A DNA stretch of 64,000 nucleotides from Syntrophomonadaceae bacterium (GCA_012728655.1 JAAYEQ010000048.1:51328-115327), one strand, 5' to 3'; positions 29,302 to 39,997 are shown, counted from the stretch's first letter. Notes: generated by a model not told the origin, from the letters alone. Numbers and translations: made by a program.

Positions 29302-29787
29302 ATGAATATAATGGACGAGATCGGCAAAAGGGCGGTTCGGATGCTGATTTTCAGCTTTGTCGCCCTGATTATTGTCCAGGGTCTGATGACCAATGACGGT
29401 ATCCGGTTTTATTTGAGCCTGGGAGAGAGGCTGGAAGGTCAGGTGGCATTGGTTGAAACCGCCGCCGTTACCGAAGCGGACGCGATTACGGAGATCCCTT
29501 GCAGCACCTCTTCACCGGGTTATATTTGTTTGGAACTGCAGGATTATACCCATCTTGACCGGGTGCGGATTTTGATAAATGGTCGAGAGGTGGAAAGAAT
29601 GTCTTCCAGTCGGGTTAAGCTCTATGTTACTGCCGGAGATGTGTTGGAGATTGACACCACGGCTTATAACCATCCCATCACCCTGAAGATCACCGGCGCC
29701 AGCTCCAATCTGGCCTTTCCTCAGGAGGGTATGACCTTTACTTCCCATCAAGCGGTGACCATGGTGGGCAAGATCATGGTCAAGTAA
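29302..29787 (+). CDS. Hypothetical membrane-anchored protein
   Basis: N-terminal TM helix followed by a beta-rich region. Confidence 0.65.
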   Translation: MNIMDEIGKRAVRMLIFSFVALIIVQGLMTNDGIRFYLSLGERLEGQVALVETAAVTEADAITEIPCSTSSPGYICLELQDYTHLDRVRILINGREVERMSSSRVKLYVTAGDVLEIDTTAYNHPITLKITGASSNLAFPQEGMTFTSHQAVTMVGKIMVK

Positions 29788-29851
29788 ACGCTGTACAGGC
29801 GCAGGCTTGTTGTTTAAACTGGTAGATAAGAAACGTGAGTGGGGGACTGGG

Positions 29852-30271
29852 ATGATGAGCGAGGCTGGAAGCAAGAAGGTTGCCACCGCAGCCATTAAAA
29901 TGGCTCTCACCACCAGCAGACAGGAAGAATCACAGCTTAAAAAGGATTTGATGAATGAAGATATCCGGGCCGCAGCGGTTGATTATGGAGGCGAATTCAT
30001 CGGCTCTGTCGGCAAGATCGTGGAAAGGGCGGTAGTGGCCGCCAAGCGCGAGGGGGTCATCAAGGATACTCATCCCGATGAGGGAGCCATTGCCGGCGCC
30101 ACCCGGGAGGCGGTCAGCCAGATTATGCCCAAGGCCCTGGGGCTTAACATTGGAGGGAAAATAGGCATTGCCCGGTACGGAGATCATATCGGGGTTGCCG
30201 TCTTCATGGGTATTGGACTGCTGCACCTGGATGAGGTGGCCATTGGCCTCGGCCATCGAGCGGTTCCCTGA
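29852..30271 (+). CDS. hutP: HutP-family RNA-binding protein
   Basis: IVERAVVAAKREGVI..EGAIAGATREA..GGKIGIAR..IGLGHR. Confidence 0.88.
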   Translation: MMSEAGSKKVATAAIKMALTTSRQEESQLKKDLMNEDIRAAAVDYGGEFIGSVGKIVERAVVAAKREGVIKDTHPDEGAIAGATREAVSQIMPKALGLNIGGKIGIARYGDHIGVAVFMGIGLLHLDEVAIGLGHRAVP

Positions 30272-30367
30272 TCAAAGGCCGGTTTGAAAGAGCCGGTGGC
30301 GGATTGTGCTGTAATATAAGGATAAAACAGGAACTGAGGATTAAGACAGCCAGGAGGCAGAAGGTCG

Positions 30368-30727
30368 ATGGTTAGGGGAATCCGCGGGGCCATCACCGTA
30401 ACCGAGGATACACCCGAGGAGATCGTCGCGGCTACTCAGGAGATGCTGAGGGCGCTGATGGATAGGAACGGTTTTACGGCCGAAGACGTGATCAGTGCCA
30501 TATTTACCGTTACCCCCGATATCACATCCGAATTTCCCGCACGTGGTGCGCGCCTGATGGGGTGGACCCGGGTGCCCCTGCTTTGCAGTCAGGAGATGCC
30601 GGTTCCCGGAGCCCTGCCCCGATGTATCCGGGTGCTTCTCCATGTGAACACGGATAAATCACAGGCCGAGATCAAGCATGTCTATTTACGCGGGACGGGT
30701 GCCCTGAGGCCGGATCTGGCGGATTAA
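30368..30727 (+). CDS. aroH: Chorismate mutase, AroH class
   Basis: VRGIRGAITV, FPARGAR, LPRCIRVL, LRPDL. Confidence 0.93.
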   Translation: MVRGIRGAITVTEDTPEEIVAATQEMLRALMDRNGFTAEDVISAIFTVTPDITSEFPARGARLMGWTRVPLLCSQEMPVPGALPRCIRVLLHVNTDKSQAEIKHVYLRGTGALRPDLAD

Positions 30728-30788
30728 GCCAATCTCCGGCTGCAGTCAATTCGGCTTTCGGGTATCTCCGGTCAAAAGGCTGTTTAAC

Positions 30789-31607
30789 TTAACATGTGTA
30801 GATTTCCGGACGCCGGTGTTTGAGCACCGGTATTTCTTTTCTCACCTGATCTACTGCCTCCAGATCGATCCTGGCGGTAATCAGTTCCTCGCGGCGTCCG
30901 GCCTCGGCGATCACCTTGCCCCACGGATCAACTATCATCGAGTGCCCATAGGCCGGGTAAACGCCGCCCGGGGTGTTGGCGGGACTGGCGGCCAGAACGA
31001 AAACCTGGTTGTCAACCGCCCGGGCGCGCAGCAGGATCTCCCAGTGCAGGGGACCGGTTACCTGGTTGAACGCGCCGGGGTAGATGATGACCTCGGCTCC
31101 CTGCAGGGTCATGGTCCGGGCCAGTTCGGGAAAGCGGAGATCGTAGCAGATGGCAAGCCCCATCCTGCCATGAGCGGTGTTGAAGACGGTAACGTCCTTC
31201 CCTGGAGACAGAGTATCCGACTCAAAAAAGGTGATGCCTCCGGGGATGTCCACATCAAAGAGGTGCAGTTTTCGATGCCTGGCGATCATTTTTCCCTCGG
31301 GGCTGAATACCATACTGGTGTTGAAGATCTGTTCCCCGTCTCGCTCCGGTATGGAACCCGCGATCAGATAGATGCCGGTTTCCCGAGCCAGTTCACTCAT
31401 GCGCATGGAGGTGAGTCCGGGAATGGGTTCGGCATAAACCGGAAAATAATGCCTGGCGTAGGGGCAGTTGAACATCTCCGGCAGGACTGCCAACTGACAG
31501 CCCTCAGCGGCTGCCTCTCTTATCATCCGGGCGGCTGTCGCCAGGTTGAGTTCTTTGTTGTCGACAACCTCCATCTGGCATATACCCACATTCAGAATTC
31601 TGGCCAT
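30789..31607 (-). CDS. Carbon-nitrogen hydrolase (Nit2 / omega-amidase-like)
   Basis: LPEMF, HRKLHLFD, ICYDLRFPE catalytic triad motifs. Confidence 0.9.
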   Translation of the reverse strand: MARILNVGICQMEVVDNKELNLATAARMIREAAAEGCQLAVLPEMFNCPYARHYFPVYAEPIPGLTSMRMSELARETGIYLIAGSIPERDGEQIFNTSMVFSPEGKMIARHRKLHLFDVDIPGGITFFESDTLSPGKDVTVFNTAHGRMGLAICYDLRFPELARTMTLQGAEVIIYPGAFNQVTGPLHWEILLRARAVDNQVFVLAASPANTPGGVYPAYGHSMIVDPWGKVIAEAGRREELITARIDLEAVDQVRKEIPVLKHRRPEIYTC

Positions 31608-31799
31608 ATCCTTCACCTCGCTGCCGTATCGAGAAGCGTTCCCGATTCATGGTCATATTTTATATCCTAAACCATTTGTCAGTCGACATGGCTGCATTTT
31701 TAAGTCAACCCGTTGCTGCAGTTTATATGCAAAGCGGAGATAACATTGTCACTGTATTTCTCCAATGTCTACTGCTAAAATAACCATGGAGGAATTATC

Positions 31800-32624
31800 G
31801 TGAAACCATATCGATTGGCAGCAAGAGACGGAAAAGACACCATCATTGAAATCGTCGGCAACGACGGTTCCTGCCTGATTGGCGAGGGATACTGCACCAT
31901 TATAGCCGGTCCCTGTGCGGTGGAATCCGAGGATAGCATTCTCACCGCCGCCCGCCTGGTAAAGGAGCTGGGAGCGCATATCCTGCGGGGAGGCGCCTTT
32001 AAACCCCGCACCTCGCCCTATTCTTTCCCGGGACTCGGGGTGCACGGCCTTGAGCTCCTGGCTTTAGCCCGCAAAGAAACCGGCCTTCCCATTGTTACCG
32101 AGGTTCTGGATGTCCGGGATATTGACCGGGTACTGGAGGTGGCGGATATCGTACAGGTGGGAAGCCGCAATATGCACAACTACCCTTTGCTGCGGGAATT
32201 AAGCCGCTGCAAAATTCCCGTGCTCCTGAAACGGGGGTATGCGGCCACAGTGGAGGAATGGCTGCTGGCCGCCGAGTATCTCATGGCCGGCGGCAATGAA
32301 CAGGTAATCCTGTGCGAGCGGGGAATCCGAACCTTTGAGAATATGACCCGCAATACCGTTGATATCGGAGTGGTGCCGCTGCTCAAGGAACTGAGCCACC
32401 TGCCGGTGATCGTTGATCCCAGTCATGCCACCGGCAAGTGGCAGATGGTCAGGCCGGTGGCCAAGGCGGCCATCGCTGCGGGGGCGGATGGGCTGATGAT
32501 CGAAGTTCATCCCCATCCCGAAACGGCGCTTTCGGATGGAGAGCAATCCCTGAACGGCGGCAACTTCAGCCGGCTGATGGACGAAATCCGGGCCCTGGCC
32601 CGCCTGGAAGGCAAGAAGATGTGA
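31800..32624 (+). CDS. aroF: DAHP synthase type I-beta, catalytic domain only
   Basis: [27 protein letters not shown]; lacks the N-terminal regulatory domain. Confidence 0.88.
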   Translation: MKPYRLAARDGKDTIIEIVGNDGSCLIGEGYCTIIAGPCAVESEDSILTAARLVKELGAHILRGGAFKPRTSPYSFPGLGVHGLELLALARKETGLPIVTEVLDVRDIDRVLEVADIVQVGSRNMHNYPLLRELSRCKIPVLLKRGYAATVEEWLLAAEYLMAGGNEQVILCERGIRTFENMTRNTVDIGVVPLLKELSHLPVIVDPSHATGKWQMVRPVAKAAIAAGADGLMIEVHPHPETALSDGEQSLNGGNFSRLMDEIRALARLEGKKM

Positions 32625-32750
32625 GTCCAAAAGAGGAACCGTTGCAAGCAGATTCCAGTCTGTGGTATTCTTTAAACTGTAGTTGGGCATATGAATAAAA
32701 GTATAAAGCAAGGTAGTATGGTAGGACGGTGGGAATAATAGACATTTAAG

Positions 32751-32781
32751 AAGCGTCTGGTTCTTGCCTGGGCGCTTTTTT
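32751..32781 (+). terminator. Terminator-like hairpin in the leader of aroF2-tyrA-aroA
   Basis: AAGCGTCTGG..CTGGGCGCTT plus TTTTTT, about 30 nt before the ATG. Confidence 0.55.
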
Positions 32782-32812
32782 GGTATTCCCATCTCCGGAA
32801 AGGAGAATTTGC

Positions 32813-33820
32813 ATGGTAGTTGTAATGGAGAAAAACGCCAGCAGTGCCGAGATTGAACAGGTTCAGGAACGACTGCGCCAAGCGGGGTTTAAGATCCACC
32901 TCTCCCAGGGGGTGGAACGGACCATAATCGGCGCCATCGGTGACCGCAGCCAGGTGGACCTTGGCTTTCTGGAAGCACTCCCCGGGGTGGAAAAAGTGGT
33001 GCCGATTATGAAGCCTTTCAAACTGACCTCCCGTGAGTTTAAGCCCGATGATACGGTAGTTACGGTGGGAGACCTGAAAATCGGCGACGGGGGGATTCAG
33101 GTTATTGCCGGTCCCTGTGCGGTGGAGTCCCGGGAGAAATATCTGGAAGCGGCGATGCTGGTCAAAGAGTCCGGAGCCACCATGCTGCGCGGAGGGGCTT
33201 TCAAACCGCGAACTTCGCCTTACAGTTTTCAGGGGCTGGAAGAGGAAGGACTCAAGATCCTGGCCGAAGCCCGGGAATTGACCGGCCTGCCGGTGGTAAC
33301 CGAGGTCATGGACCAGCGCAGCGTTGAGTTGGTAGCCCGTTATGCGGATGTTCTCCAGATAGGTGCCCGCAATATGCAGAATTTCTTTCTGTTGCGGGAA
33401 GTCGGCAAGATCGACAAGCCGGTGGTTTTGAAACGCGGGCCCTCCGCCACCCTGGAGGAGTGGATCATGGCGGCCGAATACATAGTTTCCAGCGGAAATC
33501 CCCGGGTTATTATGTGTGAAAGAGGGATCAGGACCTTCGAGACCTATACCCGCAACACCCTGGATCTCAGCGCCATTCCGGCTCTCAAACGGCTGACCCA
33601 TCTTCCGGTGATAGTGGATCCCAGTCACGGTACCGGCAAGTGGAGGCTGGTGGAGCCGATGGCTCTGGCTGCGGTGGCAGCCGGATGTGACGGGCTGATG
33701 ATTGAGGTGCACCAGAATCCGGCGGAAGCCCTGTCGGATGGCCCCCAGAGTCTGACGCCGGAGAATTTTGCTCACCTGATGAACCGGCTTAATAAGTTTT
33801 TGCAGAATGGGAGAGTGTAA
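32813..33820 (+). CDS. aroF: DAHP synthase type I-beta with N-terminal ferredoxin-like/ACT regulatory domain
   Basis: [22 protein letters not shown]-terminus plus catalytic motifs; AAAGGAG RBS. Confidence 0.92.
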   Translation: MVVVMEKNASSAEIEQVQERLRQAGFKIHLSQGVERTIIGAIGDRSQVDLGFLEALPGVEKVVPIMKPFKLTSREFKPDDTVVTVGDLKIGDGGIQVIAGPCAVESREKYLEAAMLVKESGATMLRGGAFKPRTSPYSFQGLEEEGLKILAEARELTGLPVVTEVMDQRSVELVARYADVLQIGARNMQNFFLLREVGKIDKPVVLKRGPSATLEEWIMAAEYIVSSGNPRVIMCERGIRTFETYTRNTLDLSAIPALKRLTHLPVIVDPSHGTGKWRLVEPMALAAVAAGCDGLMIEVHQNPAEALSDGPQSLTPENFAHLMNRLNKFLQNGRV

Positions 33821-34900
33821 ATGGCCGCCAGGGTAGCTATATTCGGGTTGGGGATAATCGGGGGTTCCCTGGGGTTGGCCCTGAACCAGGGTAAGGATAT
33901 CGAAGTGGCAGGGTACGACCGGGATCCGGAAACCATGGAACTGGCCCTGCAGATGGAAGCTGTAAACCGGACCGGCAGCCTGCAGGAGCTGTCCGCTTGG
34001 GCAGATTGTATCTTCCTCTGTACGCCGATCAACACCCTGGCCGATATCGCCAGGGAAGCGGCCCGGTTTTGCCGGAAAGGCTGTCTTTTAACCGATGTGG
34101 GCAGCACAAAACAGGACATAGTCCGGGTGTTCGACAGCTTGGCCGAAATCGGGCTGCGCGGGGTGGGCGGTCATCCCATGGCCGGTTCAGAGCGCAAGGG
34201 GATAACGGGAGCCGATCGTTACCTGTTTGAGAACGCGGTTTATGTTTTGACCCCCGGCAGCAATACCCCCCCGGATGCGCTGGAGGACCTGAGTTCGCTG
34301 TTACGGCCCACCGGTGCGCACATAATTACCATGGATGCGGAGAAGCATGACCGCCTGGTCGCCATGGTCAGCCACTTGCCCCACCTTGTTGCCAGTGCCC
34401 TGGTGAGCATGCTGCAGGGACAGGATGAAGCTTTAACCCTGGCCGCCGGGGGTTTTCGCGATACCACCCGGGTGGCCAGCGGGGATCCGGAACTCTGGAC
34501 TGAGATCCTCCTTTCGAACAGCAGTTTGCTGGCCGAACAGTTGGAGTCATTTATCGAGCGGCTCACCCGTCTGAAGGGTGTTCTCCAGGACCGCAGATCC
34601 GCGGAATTGCATGAATTTTTGAGTAACGCCAGGGGGATAAGAGAGGCCATGCCTGCTAAAAGAAGGGGTCTGAGCCTGGCGGAACAGGAACTGGTCTGCA
34701 TCGTACCCGATAAACCGGGAATGATAGGCGCTCTCGGCAGCTATCTGGGGGAAAAGGGTATTAACATAGCCGATATTGAGATACTGCGAGTCCGGGAAGG
34801 CGATGGCGGTACCATCCGCATCGGCCTTAGCCGTGAAGAGGATGGGCCGGCCGCGGTTGAAACCCTTCAGTCCCGGGGGATCAAGGCCTGGTTGCGATGA
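33821..34900 (+). CDS. tyrA: Prephenate dehydrogenase with C-terminal ACT domain
   Basis: GLGIIGGS, DVGSTK, GGHPMAGSE, SHLPH, DKPG ACT. Confidence 0.92.
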   Translation: MAARVAIFGLGIIGGSLGLALNQGKDIEVAGYDRDPETMELALQMEAVNRTGSLQELSAWADCIFLCTPINTLADIAREAARFCRKGCLLTDVGSTKQDIVRVFDSLAEIGLRGVGGHPMAGSERKGITGADRYLFENAVYVLTPGSNTPPDALEDLSSLLRPTGAHIITMDAEKHDRLVAMVSHLPHLVASALVSMLQGQDEALTLAAGGFRDTTRVASGDPELWTEILLSNSSLLAEQLESFIERLTRLKGVLQDRRSAELHEFLSNARGIREAMPAKRRGLSLAEQELVCIVPDKPGMIGALGSYLGEKGINIADIEILRVREGDGGTIRIGLSREEDGPAAVETLQSRGIKAWLR

Positions 34901-34968
34901 TGCCAGGGACCGGAGCCGTTTATTGTCGAGGTTAATCCGGTTTGCAAGCTATTTCAGGAGAGATGAAC

Positions 34969-36255
34969 ATGGAATTTGAGTTTAAGAGTTTGGGCTCACT
35001 GCGGGGAGAATTGAAGGTGCCGGCAGATAAGTCGATTTCTCACCGTGCCGTTATTCTTGGGTCTTTGGCCAAGGGAGAGAGTGTGGTTCACAACATCTCT
35101 TGGGGAGAGGATGTTAAATCAACCATACGCTGCATGCAGCAGTTGGGGGCTGAGATTGTCCAGGATAAAGAGGTGACGCGAATCCGGGGCAAGGGCTTTG
35201 ACGGTTTGTCCGAACCCAAGGATGTTTTAAACTGCGGCAATTCCGGGACCACAATGCGGCTTTTGGCTGGAGTTGCGGCTGCCCGACCATTTCTGACGGT
35301 TTTAACCGGAGACGAATCACTGCGCCGACGGCCCATGGCCCGGGTTGTGGAACCCCTGTCAATGATGGGGGCGATTATCTGCGGCCGTGAAAACTCGCGA
35401 TTGGCTCCCCTGGTGATCCGGGGCGGAGAGCTCAGGGGTATCGAGTACCACCTGAAGGTGGCCAGTGCCCAGGTGAAATCCGCCATTCTGCTGGCGGCCC
35501 TGGATGCTGAGGGAGAAACGATTATCCGGGAAAACATCATCTCCCGCGACCATACGGAAAGAATGCTGCTTGAGATGGGAGCGAATCTTGAAAGGGATCA
35601 AAATGAGATACGCCTGCGGGGACCCTGTGAACTGGACGGCAGGGAGTGGAGAGTTCCCGGCGACATCTCCTCCGCCGCCTTCTGGCTGGTGGCGGCAGCC
35701 ATAGTTCCCGGTTCGGAAGTGCTGGTGCGCGATGTCGGGGTTAACCCTACCCGCAGCGGGGTATTGACGGTGCTTAAGAATATGGGAGCCGAAATACGCC
35801 TTGAGAATTACCGGACAGTCGGCGGTGAGCCGGTAGCCGACATCCTGGTTAAACATTCCGGGCTGCAACCGGTTGAGATTGGCGGCAGCATTATCCCCTC
35901 CCTCATTGATGAGATCCCGATTTTGGCCATTGCCATGGCCATGGCCTCCGGTACTTCTGCCGTCAGCGATGCCGGTGAACTCCGAACCAAGGAATCGGAC
36001 CGCATTGCGATGATCGTTTCCATCCTCAACCGGATGGGGGTGGAGGCTGCCGAGACCCCCGACGGGTTCATCGTTCATGGACAGGGGAAAATACCTGGGA
36101 ATTGCCGGTTGTCGGCCGGAGGCGACCACCGCATCGCCATGGCATCGGCGGTGTCCGGGCTGGCAGCGGAAATGCCCGTTACGGTGGAGGACTTCAACTG
36201 CGTTGGCATATCTTATCCGACCTTCCTGCAAGACCTGCGGCACCTGACCGAATAA
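34969..36255 (+). CDS. aroA: EPSP synthase
   Basis: DKSISHR, GNSGTT, SAQVKSA, KESDRI, DHRIAM. Confidence 0.95.
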   Translation: MEFEFKSLGSLRGELKVPADKSISHRAVILGSLAKGESVVHNISWGEDVKSTIRCMQQLGAEIVQDKEVTRIRGKGFDGLSEPKDVLNCGNSGTTMRLLAGVAAARPFLTVLTGDESLRRRPMARVVEPLSMMGAIICGRENSRLAPLVIRGGELRGIEYHLKVASAQVKSAILLAALDAEGETIIRENIISRDHTERMLLEMGANLERDQNEIRLRGPCELDGREWRVPGDISSAAFWLVAAAIVPGSEVLVRDVGVNPTRSGVLTVLKNMGAEIRLENYRTVGGEPVADILVKHSGLQPVEIGGSIIPSLIDEIPILAIAMAMASGTSAVSDAGELRTKESDRIAMIVSILNRMGVEAAETPDGFIVHGQGKIPGNCRLSAGGDHRIAMASAVSGLAAEMPVTVEDFNCVGISYPTFLQDLRHLTE

Positions 36256-36417
36256 AGGTTTCAATATCACCGACTCCTTGTCTGATTCGACTTTATGGCA
36301 GAAGAATGCCGTCTTTGGTCGTATTATTATGCCGGGACGGTTCCGGGTTGGTGTTGTTAATTGGGAGGAATATGCTAAAATGATTGAGAACATCTGAAGC
36401 GAACGGGGTTTCATACC

Positions 36418-37074
36418 TTGAAGATAGCCATTGACGGTCCGGCCGGAGCAGGAAAGAGCACAGTCGCCCGGCGTGTAGCCAAAGAACTGGGCATTCTTTA
36501 TATCGATACCGGTGCCATGTACCGGGCCCTGACCTGGAAAGCATTGCAGCAAAAAATCGATTTATCCGCACCGCAGGAACTGCATCAACTGGCTGCAGAT
36601 ACTGTGATTGATATACAAGACGACGGTGAAGGTACACGCATCTACTGTGACGGTCGGGAGGTTACCAACGAGATTCGAAGCCCTGAGGTTTCCCGTATGG
36701 TTTCGGTGATAGCCGCCGATGATAAGGTTAGAGAGATTATGGTGGAAAAACAGCGTGCTATTGCCTCTCGCAACGATGTGGTGATGGACGGACGGGATAT
36801 TACCCATTGTGTGCTGCCGGATGCGGAATACAAGTTTTATCTCACTGCATCCCTGGATGTTCGCACCAGGAGACGCGGCCAGGAATTGAAGAATCAGGGT
36901 TATGAAGTTGATCTGGAACAATTGAAACGGGAAATTATGGAAAGAGACCAACTTGACATGAACCGGAAAGTAGGTCCATTGATGATTACCCCTGATGCGA
37001 TGGTTATTGATACCAGCGATATTGACTGCGAAAGCGCTGTCCGGCGTGTTTTGGATATTGTCAGGGAGGGGTAA
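36418..37074 (+). CDS. cmk: Cytidylate kinase
   Basis: IAIDGPAGAGKST, DTGAMYR, MDGRDI. Confidence 0.95.
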   Translation: MKIAIDGPAGAGKSTVARRVAKELGILYIDTGAMYRALTWKALQQKIDLSAPQELHQLAADTVIDIQDDGEGTRIYCDGREVTNEIRSPEVSRMVSVIAADDKVREIMVEKQRAIASRNDVVMDGRDITHCVLPDAEYKFYLTASLDVRTRRRGQELKNQGYEVDLEQLKREIMERDQLDMNRKVGPLMITPDAMVIDTSDIDCESAVRRVLDIVREG

Positions 37075-37079
37075 TTTTT

Positions 37080-37673
37080 TTGCTTTATTCTTTTTTGAAA
37101 AAAATTGTGTCGGTGCTCTTTTGGATAGGCCGGGTCAAAGTGGAAGGGAAAGAGAATTTTCCTTCGGAGGGAGCGGTGATCGTCGCAGGCAACCACCTGG
37201 GCTTTTGGGATCCGGTGGTGGTAGCGGCATTTATCGACCGACCGATTCATTTTATGGCCAAGGAAGAACTGTTCGAGCATGCGTTGTTGGCCAAGTTTTT
37301 GCGCAAACTCAATGCTTTTCCGGTTAAGCGGGGTAGTCCGGATCGGACGGCTCTGAAAACAGCCTTAAATATCCTGGCCGAGAACAAGGTGCTGGGGATG
37401 TTCCCTGAAGGCACCCGCAGCAAGACCGGTGAGCTTTCGAAGCCGCAGCACGGCATAGCCATGCTGGTGCTGAAGAGCAGAGCCCCGATAGTGCCGGTGA
37501 TGTTTATTGGCACCCAGAAGATTTTCCCCTGGGGATGGTTTTCTCCGGTGGTGGTAAAGATCGGCAAACCGATTTCGTACGAAAAATACTATGATGCCAA
37601 ACTGTCTACCTCGCTGCTGGAAGAAATTAGCCGGGATATTATGGACAAAATATCAGTTCTCAAAGCATCCTGA
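37080..37673 (+). CDS. plsC: 1-acyl-sn-glycerol-3-phosphate acyltransferase
   Basis: NH..WDP, FMAKEELF, FPEGTRS. Confidence 0.92.
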   Translation: MLYSFLKKIVSVLFWIGRVKVEGKENFPSEGAVIVAGNHLGFWDPVVVAAFIDRPIHFMAKEELFEHALLAKFLRKLNAFPVKRGSPDRTALKTALNILAENKVLGMFPEGTRSKTGELSKPQHGIAMLVLKSRAPIVPVMFIGTQKIFPWGWFSPVVVKIGKPISYEKYYDAKLSTSLLEEISRDIMDKISVLKAS

Positions 37674-37723
37674 GGCAGGAAATTCGTCGATAAGATGAGA
37701 ACTTATAATCTAGGCAATGCGAG

Positions 37724-39724
37724 GTGGAAATCTTGCATATATATCTGGCTGACCACGCCGGGTTTTGTTATGGGGTAAAACGGGCGGTCGACCTGGCATT
37801 GAATGCACCGGCGGAAGAAGGTCCCTGGTATACGTTGGGACCCTTGGTGCACAACCGGGAGGTTGTGGGTTTTTTAGCGGATAAGGGCATTGCTTCCGTG
37901 GATGATATCGATGAGATAACCGACGGCGGCGTGATTATCCGCTCCCATGGCATACCTCAGGAGGTTCAATCGGAGATTGAATCGCGAGGATTGAGGATAA
38001 TCGATGCCACCTGTCCCCATGTCAAGCAGGTCCAGGAACTGGCTCAAAAGCTGGTCGATGAACACTATCAAGTGGTGATTGTGGGAGACAAGGACCATCC
38101 CGAAGTCCAGGGGATCTGGAGCCGGGCAGGCAATAACTCCCTGGTTGCCCGCATGCCGGAAGATGTTGCCGATTTGCCGCCCTGTAACAAAATTGCCGTG
38201 ATCTGCCAGACCACAATTCAGGAAACGGAGTACCGGCAGGTTGTACAAGCACTGATTTCGCATGCAAGGGAGATCAGGGGATATAACACCATATGTAATG
38301 CCAGTTTGAAACGACAAGAGGCTGTCGCCGAACTGGCAGGTCACGTCGATCTGATGATAGTTATTGGAGATCGCAAAAGCTCCAATACCAGGTCTCTGGT
38401 TAAGATCTGTGAAGACAGAGAGGTTGCTACCTATCAGATAGAAACCGCTGAGGAGCTCAGGCCTGAATGGTTTGAAGGGAAGAAAGACGTGGGTGTTACT
38501 GCAGGTGCTTCTACTCCAGATTGGGTAATTAAGGAGGTATTGAGTCGGATGTCGGAGCTGGAGAGCAATGCAGCACAGGATGAACAAGCTTTAAACACCA
38601 GCAGTAACCAGGAAGAAACATTTGCCGAACTCGAGGCGGAGATGGCCGAGTTCATGAAGGAAGTCGAGAGGGGTACCATCCTCAAGGGACGTGTGGTTCA
38701 CATTGGCCCGGACGAAGTAATGGTAGATGTCGGCGGCAAGTCTGAGGGAATCATTCCTTTAAAGGAACTCTCCCTGCACGAGATTAGTTCTCCCAGTGAG
38801 GTAGTCGCAGTAGGCGATGAGATCGATGTGATGGTTTTGCGCTGGGATGATGATGGTACCATTCTGGTTTCCAAACGCAGGGTTGACCAGGAACTCGCCC
38901 TCGATGCCCTGGAGGCGGCGGCAAGGGAAGGAACTCCGGTTTCAGGCAAGGTGATAAAAACCATTAAAGGTGGTCTCCTGGTAGACGTAGGGGTAACCGG
39001 TTTCTTACCCGCTTCCCAGGTTGAAGAAGGTTTTGTCCGGGATCTGGAAAAGTATGTCGGGCAGGAATTGACTTACGAGATTCTGGAGTTCAACCGTCAG
39101 AAGCGGAGAGGTTCCCAGGTTGTCCTTTCCCGTTCCCGCCTACTTGAAAAGGAGAAAGAAGCCCGGAGAAAACAGTTCTGGGATGAGATAGCCGAGGGAC
39201 AAATCAGGAAAGGCGTAGTTAAGAGGATTACCGAATATGGCGCCTTTATCGACCTGGGCGGTTTTGAGGGACTCTTACACGTATCCGAGATCGATCACGC
39301 CCGGGTAGCGCGACCTGAGGATGTCCTGACTGAGGGAGAAGAGATTGAGGTATATGTGCTGGGGGTCGACCGTGAGAACGAACGGGTCTCCCTGAGCCGG
39401 AAGAAGGTTATCCCCAGTCCCTGGGAGAGGATCGCAGAGAAGTTGACGGTGGGCGAAGTCGTGACCGGTACAGTGGTTCGCATCGCGCAATTCGGAGCTT
39501 TCGTAGAGTTGGAACCCGGTATTGACGGGTTGGTCCATATTTCCCAACTGGCGGACAGGAGAGTGGCGAAGACCGAAGATGTGGTTCAGGTTGGGCAGGA
39601 AGTCAAGGTCAAAGTCATCAGCATGGATACCGAAGCCAAAAGGATAGGCCTGAGCATTAGGGAAGCGGAACTGGAGGCGGATAAAGAAACTGTGGCAGCT
39701 TACCTGGAGAGCCAGGATGATTAG
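37724..39724 (+). CDS. ispH: Bifunctional HMBPP reductase / ribosomal protein S1
   Basis: AGFCYGV, DATCP, TICNA, SSNT, GVTAGASTP, then four S1 repeats; start may be TTG 37733. Confidence 0.93.
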   Translation: MEILHIYLADHAGFCYGVKRAVDLALNAPAEEGPWYTLGPLVHNREVVGFLADKGIASVDDIDEITDGGVIIRSHGIPQEVQSEIESRGLRIIDATCPHVKQVQELAQKLVDEHYQVVIVGDKDHPEVQGIWSRAGNNSLVARMPEDVADLPPCNKIAVICQTTIQETEYRQVVQALISHAREIRGYNTICNASLKRQEAVAELAGHVDLMIVIGDRKSSNTRSLVKICEDREVATYQIETAEELRPEWFEGKKDVGVTAGASTPDWVIKEVLSRMSELESNAAQDEQALNTSSNQEETFAELEAEMAEFMKEVERGTILKGRVVHIGPDEVMVDVGGKSEGIIPLKELSLHEISSPSEVVAVGDEIDVMVLRWDDDGTILVSKRRVDQELALDALEAAAREGTPVSGKVIKTIKGGLLVDVGVTGFLPASQVEEGFVRDLEKYVGQELTYEILEFNRQKRRGSQVVLSRSRLLEKEKEARRKQFWDEIAEGQIRKGVVKRITEYGAFIDLGGFEGLLHVSEIDHARVARPEDVLTEGEEIEVYVLGVDRENERVSLSRKKVIPSPWERIAEKLTVGEVVTGTVVRIAQFGAFVELEPGIDGLVHISQLADRRVAKTEDVVQVGQEVKVKVISMDTEAKRIGLSIREAELEADKETVAAYLESQDD

Positions 39725-39769
39725 CAACCATAAGGTGTTGCTCACTGTTTGAAGAAGGAGGGTATTAAA

Positions 39770-39997
39770 GTGCCATTCTTCGATTTTAAGTGCGAGAAGT
39801 GTGGACACCAGTTTACCCTGCGGGTTTCCAATGAAGAAAAGTCCAAGGTTAAATGCGAGAAATGCGGGCATTCCCGGGTAATTCAATTGTTGTCGCCCTT
39901 CTTTGCACCCGGGAGCAAAGCCGACTCCGGCCGTCGGGTAATGCCGGGGCCAAATTGTGAAGGATGCAGCAGCGCAGGGATGGGATGAGGCCTATAA
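39770..39997 (+). CDS. FmdB-family zinc-ribbon protein, candidate selenoprotein (UGA 39986-39988 = Sec, then Gly-Leu-stop); ends at 39988 if UGA is a stop
   Basis: MPFFDFKCEKCG..CEKCG..NCEGC; AGGAGG RBS before GTG; SECIS-like hairpin follows the UGA. Confidence 0.8.

Noticed and set aside
37724-39724. ispH-rpsA fusion as a novelty
   Set aside because: A well-known clostridial fusion.
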